Assembly (NCBI GenBank): GCA_002269645.1
Contig: NIVC01001334.1
Span: 247,910 to 311,909 of the forward strand
Source of the DNA: Macrostomum lignano
Lineage: Eukaryota
Length of the DNA stretch: 64,000 bases
Direction of reading: 5' to 3'
Shown here: piece by piece, positions 1 through 12,000 of the stretch
How the letters are laid out: each line of letters opens with the position of its first letter
How positions within the stretch are numbered: the first letter of the stretch is position 1
Made by a program: the position numbers and the translations under genes
The notes under the pieces: model-generated
Told to the model about the DNA's origin: nothing
The model's database searches: none
What the model saw: only the letters and a program-made list of their open reading frames with translations

Positions 1-194
1 TTGTCGCATTTGCCGATCAAAGAGCCCGTAATTTGACCGTGCCAGTTTCCTGATCTTGCGTATTCTTACCTTATATTAGCATGCTTCATGAGAAATATTA
101 ACCATTTTTATTCCACTAAGGTGCGCTGCTGCCTGCTGAGCCTGCTCCCTATTCTTTCTCCTGGGCTTGGGGTTCGATTCACATGACATGCATT

Positions 195-380
195 AGTTAT
201 GTATACATTATGTATGCATGACATATGTATTAGTATGTATACATTATGTATACTTGACATATGTATTAGTATAATACATTATGCAAACATGATATGTATC
301 AGTATGTATACATTATGCATACATCACATACATGTATGTATTAGTATACATACATTATGTATACTTGACAAATGTATTAG
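195..380. repeat. AT-rich degenerate minisatellite (~36 bp, ATGTATACATTATG.. unit)
   Basis: About 5 visible copies. Confidence 0.7.
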
Positions 381-2041
381 TCGCTTGATTACCACGGTTT
401 CATTACATGATTCACCCTATCGGATGCCGACTTTCCTACCTGTGCTGAAGGCGTTGTTAATGTAGTCGGATTTATCGCTGTGATTAGCCAAAATCAGTTT
501 ATTGATGAATATTCCTCCTGTCTGTATGTTTAGTCTGATGGTTACTTAATGCATTGTTTTTTATTCATAAGTGGCTCTGCTGCATGTCCCAGTACATTTG
601 ATGCAGTAACGCTTTGGTGAGACTAATAAATGTAATATTTTTGCCATTCATAAATATTATTGAACTATTCACTTATTGCTAAACTAAAACATATTGATGC
701 TAAAGTCTTGGCTTGGTTATTTTTGGCCCATCAATTATGGGATCTTCGAGAGCGGTTGGTGCAGTAGCTGAACAGCACTTAAAATGGATACTTTCAAAAC
801 CAGTCACCAGTCACCAGAATTATTTGTACTCAAAAAAAATCACAAAAATTGTCAGCTTAGGAAACCAGTTTCTCAATATTTGGCTCCAGAAAATTAATAA
901 TGAGTTCATGTATATTATTCACAGAGTCAAAGATAAAGATAGGAGAGCCAATGTTAGACTAAGGATTTTGATTGATAATGAAGAAAACAGCATTTTCAAT
1001 GACATATAATTATGCACAGCATGAAGCAAATTGAATAATGAAAACTTACAACTTAAACAAGAGAAACGAATCTAATGAGCACTATTTAAAGTATTAAAAT
1101 TGTCATTCAATTTAATAAGCAATTATGGCAAAATTATAAGATGACTCATTTTATCCAATAAGATTTAGAAATTTTTATGCTGTTAGACTACACAATCACA
1201 CATAATACTAAAATGCATACTAAGAAACCAGATTATATAGATTAAACAAAAGATTTTTGAGGCACCAGGCACAAACATACTTATTTAACAGCAAAAAAAT
1301 GAAAATTATATTTCATTTATTAAATACCATTTATACTGGTAGACACACTTAAATAAATCAAGGCAGAAAATGAAGAAATGTAAAAATGTACTTAAATTTT
1401 TAGTTTTTTTACAAGCAGATTTTATTGTTAAGAATTACAGTTCTAAAAATTGGCAAAGTTGGAGACAAAATTTAACATAAATTGTATTTAAACAGATAGA
1501 AAATGGTATTAATGTTAATTAATTTAAATTATTCTTTATCTTTTCTTGATGAGAAAACTCTGAAGGCTCCAATTGAGTAGTAGTATCAAAAATTATAATT
1601 AAATAACAAAGATGATGAATTAGATTATTTTTAATGGCTTTAGTGATCTCAAGCTGCCTATCTGGGCAATTAAATTGTAGCCCAGAAATATACATTAATT
1701 AAAAATATAAAAGTCCATTTATACTCACTCGTATATGACTGTATATTTATAGAGCAATGTTATTACAAAACTTAGATACTAGATATGATATATTTCATGC
1801 TTAGCTATTTAATCACAATGTAAAACCAATACTGCAATAGTGTAAAACTGTATATCAGTACTATAAATCAAGTAGGCCTATTAACTGTATAAAATATTAA
1901 AGTATTCTATGATACTTAAAGTTAAAAATCAAGTGTCAATTTTATAGGCCTAATTGAACTAGCTATTGAGACTAAGTTTATTGAGGACTGGATATTGAGT
2001 GAATCAACTTGGACTAACTTAAAGAAAGCTAAAAATAAGGC

Positions 2042-2944
2042 TTATTGGATCCTGCTAGCCATTGCTGCTGCTTCTGGTGCTGGTGCTGCTGGAATAGGCA
2101 GCTTATTGAGTCTGCAATAGGCTTCAATTGTATACTCGATGATCTTCTCAATAAACTCCAACTGACCAGTCTCTTCAAACCGCCTCAGAAACTGTGGATC
2201 AAACTGCAGCAACATTGCTTTGCTGTCTGGCTCCTGGCCTTTGAACTTTTTCTCCAATTCCATGGCTGCCATGTCATACAGGGCCTCCACAATAAAGCGC
2301 CAATACATTGGCTTGTTACCCCAGTGCTCTGGGTGGTGTTCGTTGTGGCAATAGTGATGGTGCAGGCCAGTCTCCCAGGCGTCATCGTCGCACTTGCTCC
2401 CATGGAAGCAGGGATACCATTTCATGGCGTAGGTGACAGTCTCTACAAAGCTGTACTTGCTGTCATCATGCACATCGATCTGCTCCTCAGTGGGATCTTG
2501 CTCTGGGCGGTACTCGGGGAGTAGGCGGCCTTCTTGGTGTAGTCTGGGCTTTACTGCAGAGATGACTAAGTCATTAAAGACTTCGAAGCCCCTTTTAACG
2601 TAGCTTTTGTGCCGATTGACGTACGAATAGTAAGTCTCCACGTTCAGGTTCTTCCAAATCAGCTTTGTAGGCGGACTTTCAGTTAGAAGCGCTGATCGCT
2701 GTTCATCACTTCTCAGCTGCCTTAATTTATTCAGCCGTGCAGTCACATCTTGTTTCAACTTACAAGGCCAGATGAACAACACGATACGCATTATCGTATG
2801 GTAGGGCTTGTGCCTGGACTTAATCTTCAGAATATCCAGTAATTCTACATCTGTCTGGTCAACAGTGGCAATAAACGGCTCCGCCAAGTTCTCGTTTTGT
2901 TTGGAGGAGCCTGCTATAATCAGACCTTCAGTCTGTTTAGACAT
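2042..2944 (-). CDS. Intronless DUF5662-like / HD-superfamily putative metal-dependent phosphohydrolase, ~300 aa
   Basis: Open ORF from ATG 2944 to TAA 2042. Motif series RHKSYV ... HDDSKYS..E ... HHHYCHNEHHPEHW ... M...IVE..YD..A matches my recollection of DUF5662 (HDxSK...HHxxxNxHHxExW...ExxxD). AATAAA on the minus strand (tttatt 1977-1982) lies ~60 nt past the stop. Family call needs HMM confirmation. Confidence 0.75.
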   Translation of the reverse strand: MSKQTEGLIIAGSSKQNENLAEPFIATVDQTDVELLDILKIKSRHKPYHTIMRIVLFIWPCKLKQDVTARLNKLRQLRSDEQRSALLTESPPTKLIWKNLNVETYYSYVNRHKSYVKRGFEVFNDLVISAVKPRLHQEGRLLPEYRPEQDPTEEQIDVHDDSKYSFVETVTYAMKWYPCFHGSKCDDDAWETGLHHHYCHNEHHPEHWGNKPMYWRFIVEALYDMAAMELEKKFKGQEPDSKAMLLQFDPQFLRRFEETGQLEFIEKIIEYTIEAYCRLNKLPIPAAPAPEAAAMASRIQ

Positions 2945-4402
2945 GGATAACAATTAATACTCAACACTCCAAATAACACTTAGTAATTGTATTTAGTATA
3001 TTTAGATATTAATTAAAATAATACAAGCTCCATTTCCTAAGACCTAGTAGCCAAGGCAACAACTGCTATCGATTAAGCCAGATGGCCATACCGAGAAAAC
3101 TCCATGGGAATTCCGTGGGCAATCCAAATGGCTATAGCGGGCTGTGCGTACACTTGCCACTATGTACGTTTAACCCCCCAAACCATTCTGTTTTTCAAGT
3201 TTCCAATAGTAGCTCGTATAGCAGCCCTATCCCACCTCACAACCCCAGCCAAAGTCAAAGAGCAGCATTACATAGCATCAACGCTCAAGTGTACACAAGG
3301 AATGGAAAGTAGCTTGTTTCTCTTGCCTTCTGTTCTCAGTAGTTTTATATGGTCACAGATAAGGGGAAGGCAGAGCTTGCTGCCTCTGTCTTTTTATTCA
3401 GACAATTTTAGAGGTAGCTCTGGCTTGACGCTTTAACCGTTTGTATTGTGCATAGGCTCTATACATCAACTTGGCAATAAGCAATTTAGTATGCTTCTGC
3501 TTCCACAAGTCACATTAAAACACTAGCCATCAAAGGCAGCGCGAGCTGCAGAATTCCAGGCAAAGACAGACTAAAATGCAACACAATAGCGTATATGCAA
3601 TTGTAAATTCAAACTGTGCATTTATAATTTCTATTGTGTAGCTTGTAGATGTAGATGAATTTTTTCTGCTACTAAATGCACATCATATATTGCATTGCTG
3701 CTAACTTCATGTATGCGCACTGACAAAAGCAGCTTCTTAGTCGAGCATCTACATGTATACATGTACGGTCCTCCTTGCCCTGGCCGGCAATTCCAGGGAA
3801 AGCTCACTTGAGGCGGGGTTTAAACTAGCAATGTACACGTTCAGACGTGCACTCTGTACTTCGGCCTTTCTCTCTCTACATGTACGCATGGGCAACTGCG
3901 ACCCTGAAAATTGGTGCGAAATTTGTTTAATTAGCGTGTAATAATCTGTCTGCAACAAAGTCACTGCTGTATTAAATTATATGAAAGCGGAGATTTAATA
4001 AGGCAAGTCAGTTACAATCCAGTTGGATTAAATCAGTTCGTAACGAAGCCATGCACAATGCCAGGTGTGGCAGTTGCTTGTTTGGCAGCTTTTGAAAGCC
4101 TTTTCAATATTCTTGCACGGAAGAATAACTATAGTGTAGTATAGAGCACAATTATAAATAATATTCGAAACTTGTGTACAAAATAAGTGGATATTAATCG
4201 ATAGCAAGTAAAATATACACAAATACTAAATCGAAGTCTACCGCGAGACTGTTTAATTTGAGTCAAAGCATAATTTATAAATAAGCAATTCCATGCAATG
4301 TCAGTTAGTATGCGTTAGCAATAGCATTGCTATATACTGCATCTCATTAGCCTAAGCTGATACATAATACCGAAATTAGGGTCGAATTTAAGAAACGGTC
4401 TA

Positions 4403-5232
4403 AGGGTGATTCTCACACCATAGGGGCGATTCTCACAGATGACATAGGGGCGATTCTCACAAATGGCATAGGGGCGATTCTCACACATGGCATAGGGGCG
4501 ATTCTCACAGATGGCATAGGGGCGATTCTCACACATGGCATAGGGGCGATTCTCACAGATGAAATAGGGGCGATTCTCACACATGGCATAGGGGCGATTC
4601 TCACACATGGCATAGGGGCGATTCTAACACATGGCATAGGGGTGATTCTCACAGATGGCATAGGGGCGATTCTCACAGATGGTATAGGGGCGATTCTCAC
4701 AGATGGCATAGGGGCGATTCTCACACATGGCATAGGGGCGATTCTCACAGATGACATAGGGGCGATTCTCACACATGGCATAGGGGCGATTCTCACAGAT
4801 GGCATAGGGGCGATTCTCACAGATGGCATAGGGGCGATTCTCACACCATAGGGGCGATTCTCACACATGGCATAGGGGCGATTCTCACAGATGGTATAGG
4901 GGCGATTCTCACACCATAGGGGCGATTCTCACACCATAGGGGCGATTCTCACACATGGCATAGGGGCGATTCTAACACATGGCATAGGGGTGATTCTCAC
5001 AGATGGCATAGGGGCGATTCTCACAGATGGTATAGGGGCGATTCTCACAGATGGCATAGGGGCGATTCTCACAGATGGCATAGGGGCGATTCTCACAAAT
5101 GGCATAGGGGCGATTCTCACAGATGGCATAGGGGCGATTCTCACAGATGGCATAGGGGCAATTCTCACAGATGGTATAGGGGCGATTCTCACAGATGGCA
5201 TAGGGGCAATTCTCACAGATGGTATAGGGGCG
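4403..5232. repeat. 24-bp minisatellite (GGCATAGGGGCGATTCTCACAGAT)
   Basis: Direct inspection; explains the 8-aa-period ORFs. Confidence 0.95.
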
Positions 5233-5240
5233 TCTGTGAG

Positions 5241-6007
5241 AATGACCCGAGGGGCAAGGGCGATTCTCAGGAATGACCCGAGGGGCAAGGGCGATTCTCA
5301 GGAATGACCCGAGGGGCAAGGGCGATTCTCAGGAATGACCCGAGGGGCAAGGGCGATTCTCAGGAATGACCCGAGGGGCAAGGGCGATTCTCAGGAATGA
5401 CCCGAGGGGCAAGGGCGATTCTCAGGAATGACCCGAGGGGCAAGGGCGATTCTCAGGAATGACCCGAGGGGCAAGGGCGATTCTCAGGAATGACCCGAGG
5501 GGCAAGGGCGATTCTCAGGAATGACCCGAGGGGCAAGGGCGATTCTCAGGAATGACCCGAGGGGCAAGGGCGATTCTCAGGAATGACCCGAGGGGCAAGG
5601 GCGATTCTCAGGAATGACCCGAGGGGCAAGGGCGATTCTCAGGAATGACCCGAGGGGCAAGGGCGATTCTCAGGAATGACCCGAGGGGCAAGGGCGATTC
5701 TCAGGAATGACCCGAGGGGCAAGGGCGATTCTCAGGAATGACCCGAGGGGCAAGGGCGATTCTCAGGAATGACCCGAGGGGCAAGGGCGATTCTCAGGAA
5801 TGACCCGAGGGGCAAGGGCGATTCTCAGGAATGACCCGAGGGGCAAGGGCGATTCTCAGGAATGACCCGAGGGGCAAGGGCGATTCTCAGGAATGACCGG
5901 AGGGGCAAGGGCGATTCTCAGGAATGACCCGAGGGGCAAGGGCAATTCTCAGGAATGACCCGAGGGGCAAGGGCGATTCTCAGGAATGACCCGAGGGGCA
6001 AGGGCGA
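5241..6007. repeat. 31-bp highly homogeneous minisatellite (AGGAATGACCCGAGGGGCAAGGGCGATTCTC)
   Basis: ~25 near-perfect copies abutting the 24-mer array. Confidence 0.95.
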
Positions 6008-6441
6008 CTCAGCGACAGGCCAAGTGAACCGCATCTAAGCAGATTGAACAAACGACAATTCAGTTAAGGAGACTCAAAGCTGATGAATGAAAATTGGCAA
6101 AATGTGGTAAGAAAACTCAGCAGCAGGTTGAACAAAACTGACCCAACTTGAGAAAAATTTTGCTTTTGCAAAGAGGAAGACGCAAGTAGAGCAGAATGCA
6201 ACTGGGATTGTGAAAATAGAAGCGCTTTAAAAAGCTGGACAACAGCGATGGTGAATGCAGTGTGAAGTACACTACTGCCAGTAGCGGGCTAATAAAACTA
6301 ATTATGAGAAGGCCAAACAGATGGTTAAGACGCAAGCTTTAGGGACAAATTTCACATGTGGGATTGTTTATTGCGGCTGAAATTACTGCTTGACAATTTT
6401 GAAAAAATGAACCAGTGTGAATTTTAAGCTGAATATAAAGT

Positions 6442-6712
6442 GCATGATCTGGGTTCATGACTTGAGATCTAGACTTCATGATCTGGAATCTAGACTTCAT
6501 GATCTGGAATCTAGACTTCATGATCTGGAATCTAGACTTCATGATCTGGAATCTAGACTTCATGATCTGGAATCTAGACTTCATGATCTGGAATCTAGAC
6601 TTCATGATCTGGAATCTAGACTTCATGATCTGGAATCTAGACTTCATGATCTGGAATCTAGACTTCATGATCTGGAATCTAGACTTCATGATCTGGAATC
6701 TAGAGTTCAGGA
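6442..6712. repeat. 21-bp minisatellite (CATGATCTGGAATCTAGACTT)
   Basis: ~12 near-perfect copies. Confidence 0.95.
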
Positions 6713-7660
6713 TCTTGGATTTAGAGTTCAGGATCTGGGATTCAAAGGGTTCAGGATCTGGGACTCAAAGGGTTCAGGATCTGGGACTCAAAGGGTTCAG
6801 GATCTGGGATTCAAAGGGTTCAGGATCTGGGACTCAAAGGGTTCAGGATCTGGAACTCAAAGGGTTCAGGATCTGGGACTCAAAGGGTTCAGGATCTGGG
6901 ACTCAAAGGGTTTAGGATCTGGGACTCAAAGGGTTCAGGATCTGGGACTCAAAGGGTTCAGGATCTGGGACTCAAAGGGTTCAGGATCTGGGACTCAAAG
7001 GGTTCAGGATCTGGGATTCAAAGGGTTCAGGATCTGGGACTCAAAGGGTTCAGGATCTGGGACTCAAAGGGTTCAGGATCTGGAACTCAAAGGGTTCAGG
7101 ATCTGGGACTCAAAGGGTTCAGGATCTGGGACTCAAAGGGTTTGGGATCTGGGACTCAAAGGGTTCAGGATCTGGGACTCAAAGGGTTTAGGATCTGGGA
7201 CTCAAAGGGTTCAGGATCTGGGACTCAAAGGGTTCAGGATCTGGGACTCAAAGGGTTCAGGATCTGGGATTCAAAGGGTTCAGGATCTGGAACTCAAAGG
7301 GTTCAGGATCTGGGACTCAAAGGGTTCAGGATCTGGGACTCAAAGGGTTCAGGATCTGGGATTCAAAGGGTTCAGGATCTGGGACTCAAAGGGTTCAGGA
7401 TCTGGGATTCAAAGGGTTCAGGATCTGGGACTCAAAGGGTTCAGGATCTGGGACTCAAAGGGTTTAGGATCTGGGACTCAAAGGGTTCAGGATCTGGGAC
7501 TCAAAGGGTTCAGGATCTGGGACTCAAAGGGTTCAGGATCTGGGACTCAAAGGGTTCAGGATCTGGGACTCAAAGGGTTCAGGATCTGGGACTCAAAGGG
7601 TTCAGGATCTGGGACTCAAAGGGTTCAGGATCTGGGACTCAAAGGGTTCAGGATCAGGGA
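6713..7660. repeat. 23-bp minisatellite (CAGGATCTGGGACTCAAAGGGTT)
   Basis: ~40 copies; explains the 441-aa repeat ORF. Confidence 0.95.
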
Positions 7661-8344
7661 TTTTAGGGGTTTAAGGTTCAACATTCTAGCACATCTGGGA
7701 CTCAAAGTCCGAGTATTGAGATCTAATAAGGATAGGATTTGAGTGAATTTTCGAAATCAGAAAAAATTTAACAGTTATATAAATAAAACTAGCAAAAACA
7801 TTAGCTTACTGTGTCACCGAAATATTCATTACACACGGGGTCTGAGCAGCGCTGGACACACAAGCTACAATATATAATACAGCGAGGCGTGTCTACAGAA
7901 AACAAAATAAAGCATTTTAGCCGTACATCCTCAAGAGTCTACGTTTAAAAACAATTGCAAGATAAAAAATTATATTTAGAAAAACACATTGTATTCTGTT
8001 ATAAATTCTGCATACTTTCTGCTACTACAAGTAGTATACCCAAAGCGGCAAGTGGACACAGGAAGTTTTTAGCACCCTCAGCTTTAATCAGGAAGCGAAG
8101 CGAAGCGGCGAGAGTTGGGAAAGACGGGGGGCAGAGGCGGCAAACAGAGGGAGGCACCGACCCCGGGTCCTCAGTCCGATGCTGGCAGATTCTCCAGCGA
8201 ATCGGATGGACCACAATAAATCAAAGAGGGCAAAACAATCAAAATACTGAACTAGCGTGAGATTCGCGACACTAAGCATCACTCAGGTAGGCCACTGAGC
8301 AGCTGCCAGCTTCCTTCATCAGGTGCTCGAACACTCCCACGAGA

Positions 8345-9003
8345 TCCTCAGATTATTGGGAGATTCTTCACCAATGGTATTATCAGGCTATTGGGAGATT
8401 ATTCCTTAGTGGGATTATCTGGCTATTGAGAGATCATTCCCAAATGGGAATATCAGGCTATTGGGAGATTATTCCCTACTGGGATTAGCGGGCTATTGGG
8501 AGATTCTTCCCAAATAGGATTATCTGGCTATTAAGAGAGTCTTCCCCAGTGGGATTATCGCGCTATTGGGAGATTCTTCCCAAATGGGATTATCAGGCTA
8601 TTAAGATTCTTCCCAAATGGGATTATCAGGCTATTAGATTCTTCCCAAATGGGATTATTAGGCTATTGGGAGATTATTCCGAATGGGATTAACAGGTATT
8701 AGGATTCTTCCCAAATGGGATTATCAGGCTATTAGGATTCTTCCCAAATGGGATTACCAGGCTATTGGGAGATTATTCCCAAATGGGACTATCAAGATAT
8801 TGGGGGACTTTTCCCCAGTGGGATTATCAGATTATTAAGATACAAAATCACGGGGAAGAATCTCCCAATAGCCTGATAGTCCAATCAGGGAAGAATCTCC
8901 CAATAGCCTGATAGTCCAATCAGGGAAGAATCTCCCAATAGCCTGATAGTCCAATCAGGGAAGAATCTCCCAATAGCCTGATAATCCAATTAGGGAAGAA
9001 TGG
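8345..9003. repeat. ~35-bp minisatellite with an orientation switch near 8845
   Basis: ATTGGGAGATTCTTCCCAAATGGGATTATCAGGCT units, followed by reverse-complement units GGGAAGAATCTCCCAATAGCCTGATAGTCCAATCA. Confidence 0.85.
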
Positions 9004-9039
9004 ATCCCGAGCACCGATCATGGAGCAGCTGGCGCGCAG

Positions 9040-12000
9040 TCAGCGCAGAGCATTGCTGCTCTCCAGCAGGGTGTCAAACTTGGCCACGATGGCGCTGAAC
9101 GTTGGCCGTTCAACCGGGCTGGCCTTCCAGCACTCCAGCATGACGTAGATGTACACTTGCTGCTCCGGACAGAGGCGGGGCTTCTCCAGCACGCCGCCTT
9201 CCATGACGTACTCGCACACCTCCGGGTTGGTCTTGCCCTGGTACGGAGTGTCGCAGGCGGTGAACACCTCCCACATGAGGATGCCGAACGCCCACACGTC
9301 CGACCTGGCGCTGTACTTGTTGCACTGGAACACCTCGGGGGCCGCCCAGCGCACCGGGAACTTTGAGCCTGCCGATGCGTCATACTCCTGGTCCAGCAGG
9401 AACCGCGCCATGCCGAAGTCGCTCACCTTCACCTGCGAGAGAGACGACCATCTTTCTGATGAATTGATCATTTTACTCATCACCCTCCACCCGAAGTCTC
9501 TACCCTTCTACCGATCAGTCTACCCTCCTACCGGACAGTGCCTTTACCGGATAGTCTCTGCCCCTTTACCAGACCCCGGGCCCCACCCGCAGCTCCCCTC
9601 ACCTCAATGTAGCCGTGCAGATGCAGCACAGACTTGACAAGAATATTCCTAGATGCCAGATCCCTGTGGATGACATTCCTCTCCTCCAGGTACATCATTG
9701 CCACGGCGACTTGATTGCAGACGTCTAGCAGAGCCGCCACCCGATTATTCTTCAAATAGTGAGTCCGCCTCGATCGCAAGAAGTCCTTTAACGATCCATA
9801 GGGCATGAAGTCTGTGATGATCATCACCGGCTTGGACTTGGTGACCACGCCGAACAGCTGCACCAGGTTGGGGTGGTTCAGGTTCCGCATATTCCTGGCC
9901 TCCTCAATGAAATCGTCCTCGGCCATGTTGCCGTCCAGCATCAGCTTCACGGCTACCTGCGTGCCGCGCAGCTGGCCCCGACGGACTTCGCCGAATTGGC
10001 CGCGGCCGACTGGCTCCGGGTCCAGGCGCAGCTCGGCCGGGTCCACCTCCAGCTCGTCAAAGCCGAGGCCGGCCGGGGCTGGCGCCTCCTGGCCGAGGCT
10101 GGGCGGCGATCGAAGTCGGACAACCAGGCCTGGAGTGTCCGGAATTCGAGTTGCGGACGTAGGGGACGAATGTGAGACATGCGATTACTGTGTGAATGCG
10201 ATTACTGTGTGAATGCGATTACTGTGTGAATGTGATTACTGAGTGAATGTGATTACTATGTGAATGCGATTACTGTGTGAATGCGATTACTGTGTGAATG
10301 TGATTACTGTGTGAATGTGATTACTGAGTGAATGTGATTACTATGTGAATGCGATTACTGTGTGAATGCGATTACTGTGTGAATGTGATTACTATGTGAA
10401 TGCGATTACTGTGTGAATGCGATTACTGTGTGAATGTGATTACTGTGTGAATGTGATTACTGAGTGAATGTGATTACTATGTGAATGCGATTACTGTGTG
10501 AATGCGATTACTGTGTGAATGTGATTACTGTGTGAATGTGATTACTGTGTGAATGCGATTACTGTGTGAATGTGATTACTGTGTGAATGCGATTACTGTG
10601 TGGATGCGATTACTGTGTGAATGTGATTACTGTGTGAATGCGATTACTGTGTAAATGTAATTACTGTGAATGCGATTACTGTGTGAATGCGAAAATGTCA
10701 TTGCTGTGTGAATGGGATTACTGTGTGAATGCGATTACTGTGTGGATGTGATTACTGTTACTGTGAAATTATTAAATGTATATTGTGTCAATACCACCTT
10801 ACTGTTTGAATTCTGGATTACTACGGGAGTTTGCAATTAGGAGTACTGTGTGACTGCGTGATTACTGTGTCTATGTGACAGCAAATGGAGCTCAGTACTC
10901 CTATATATGAACTTATGATTCACGCACCTCCAGAGTTGTGCTTGTGATAGTAAATAAGCTCAGGAATGGACGGAAATGCGTGCTTCTCAGACAGATAGAA
11001 CTGGTTGTCCTCCGTCAGGTTGATGTGATAGTGGTGCACTCGCCACTCGCTTCGGCTGAAAACCAAATTTAGAAGACAAAATTCTCCGGTTACCTACTAT
11101 GAGTAGTTGAAGCATTAAACACGGATAGCATGTAACTCACTTGTTCACATCCTTAGCCATAACAGACAGGGTGTAGGCGTCCTTTTTTGAGACCGAGTCC
11201 CGGACCAGGAAGCAGCCCTCCTTCCTGCCGGCATCCAGCAGCATGTGCTCAGCCCGCTGGCGACTGATCTTGCGGTAATACCAACTGCGATTTGGGTGAA
11301 GCAGGCGGGGCAATAAGGTCAACTTTTGGGCTGGTGCAGCACAAGATGGATGATGATCATCTAGTGCGGCTATCCTATCCATCTCAGTCACTATCTACCT
11401 TAAATCTACTTCTGAGTCTCTACCTACCTTATCTACTTTTCAGTCTCTACCTACCTTATCTACTTCTCAGTCTCTACCTACCTTATCTACTTTTCAGTCT
11501 CTACCTACCTTATCTACTTCTCAGTCTCTAACCTATATTCTTAATCACTATTTACCTTTTCTACCTCTCTAAGTCTCTACCTGCCTTATCTATCTGAGTC
11601 ACTATGTATCTTATCTACTTCTCAGTCACTATCTACATTTCTACTTTTAAGTCTCTACCTACATTATCTACTTCTCAGTCTCTACCTACCTTATCTACTT
11701 CTCAGTCACTATTTACCCTTTTCTACGTCTTTGTCAATATCTACCTTATCTACTTCTCAGTTAGTAGCCACCTAATCTACTTCTCAGTCAGTATCTACCT
11801 TATCTACATCTCAGGCGCTATGTACTATACCTGTTTCTCAGTCTCTAATCTACCTTACCTACTACTGCCACGATCTCTATACATGTAAATGATAGCATAA
11901 ATCAAAGCAACCAGACAGCGCTCACTCGAAAGTTTCCAAACTATCTGGCTTGCGAATGTAGTTAGTCGGTATGTAGCCGTATTCGCTGCAATTGTATAAA

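Noticed and set aside
440-800. Possible small minus-strand exons (TIRLNIQTGGIFINKL...; CCSATAPTALEDP...)
   Set aside because: They cannot be linked into a gene or a family from the sequence alone.
4403-6007. CRISPR-like appearance of the 24-35-bp repeats here and elsewhere
   Set aside because: The units are directly tandem with no unique spacers, there are no cas genes, and the context is eukaryotic.
6120-6440. Coding-like frame with several N-glycosylation sequons
   Set aside because: At least five stops and no recognisable family.
4330-7742. Long periodic ORFs (up to 441 aa)
   Set aside because: They are translations of 21-, 23- and 24-bp minisatellites with no non-repetitive coding context.
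9018-10212. Alternative-frame and antisense ORFs over the kinase, pol, GPCR and GH3 exons
   Set aside because: Expected shadows of GC-rich coding sequence.
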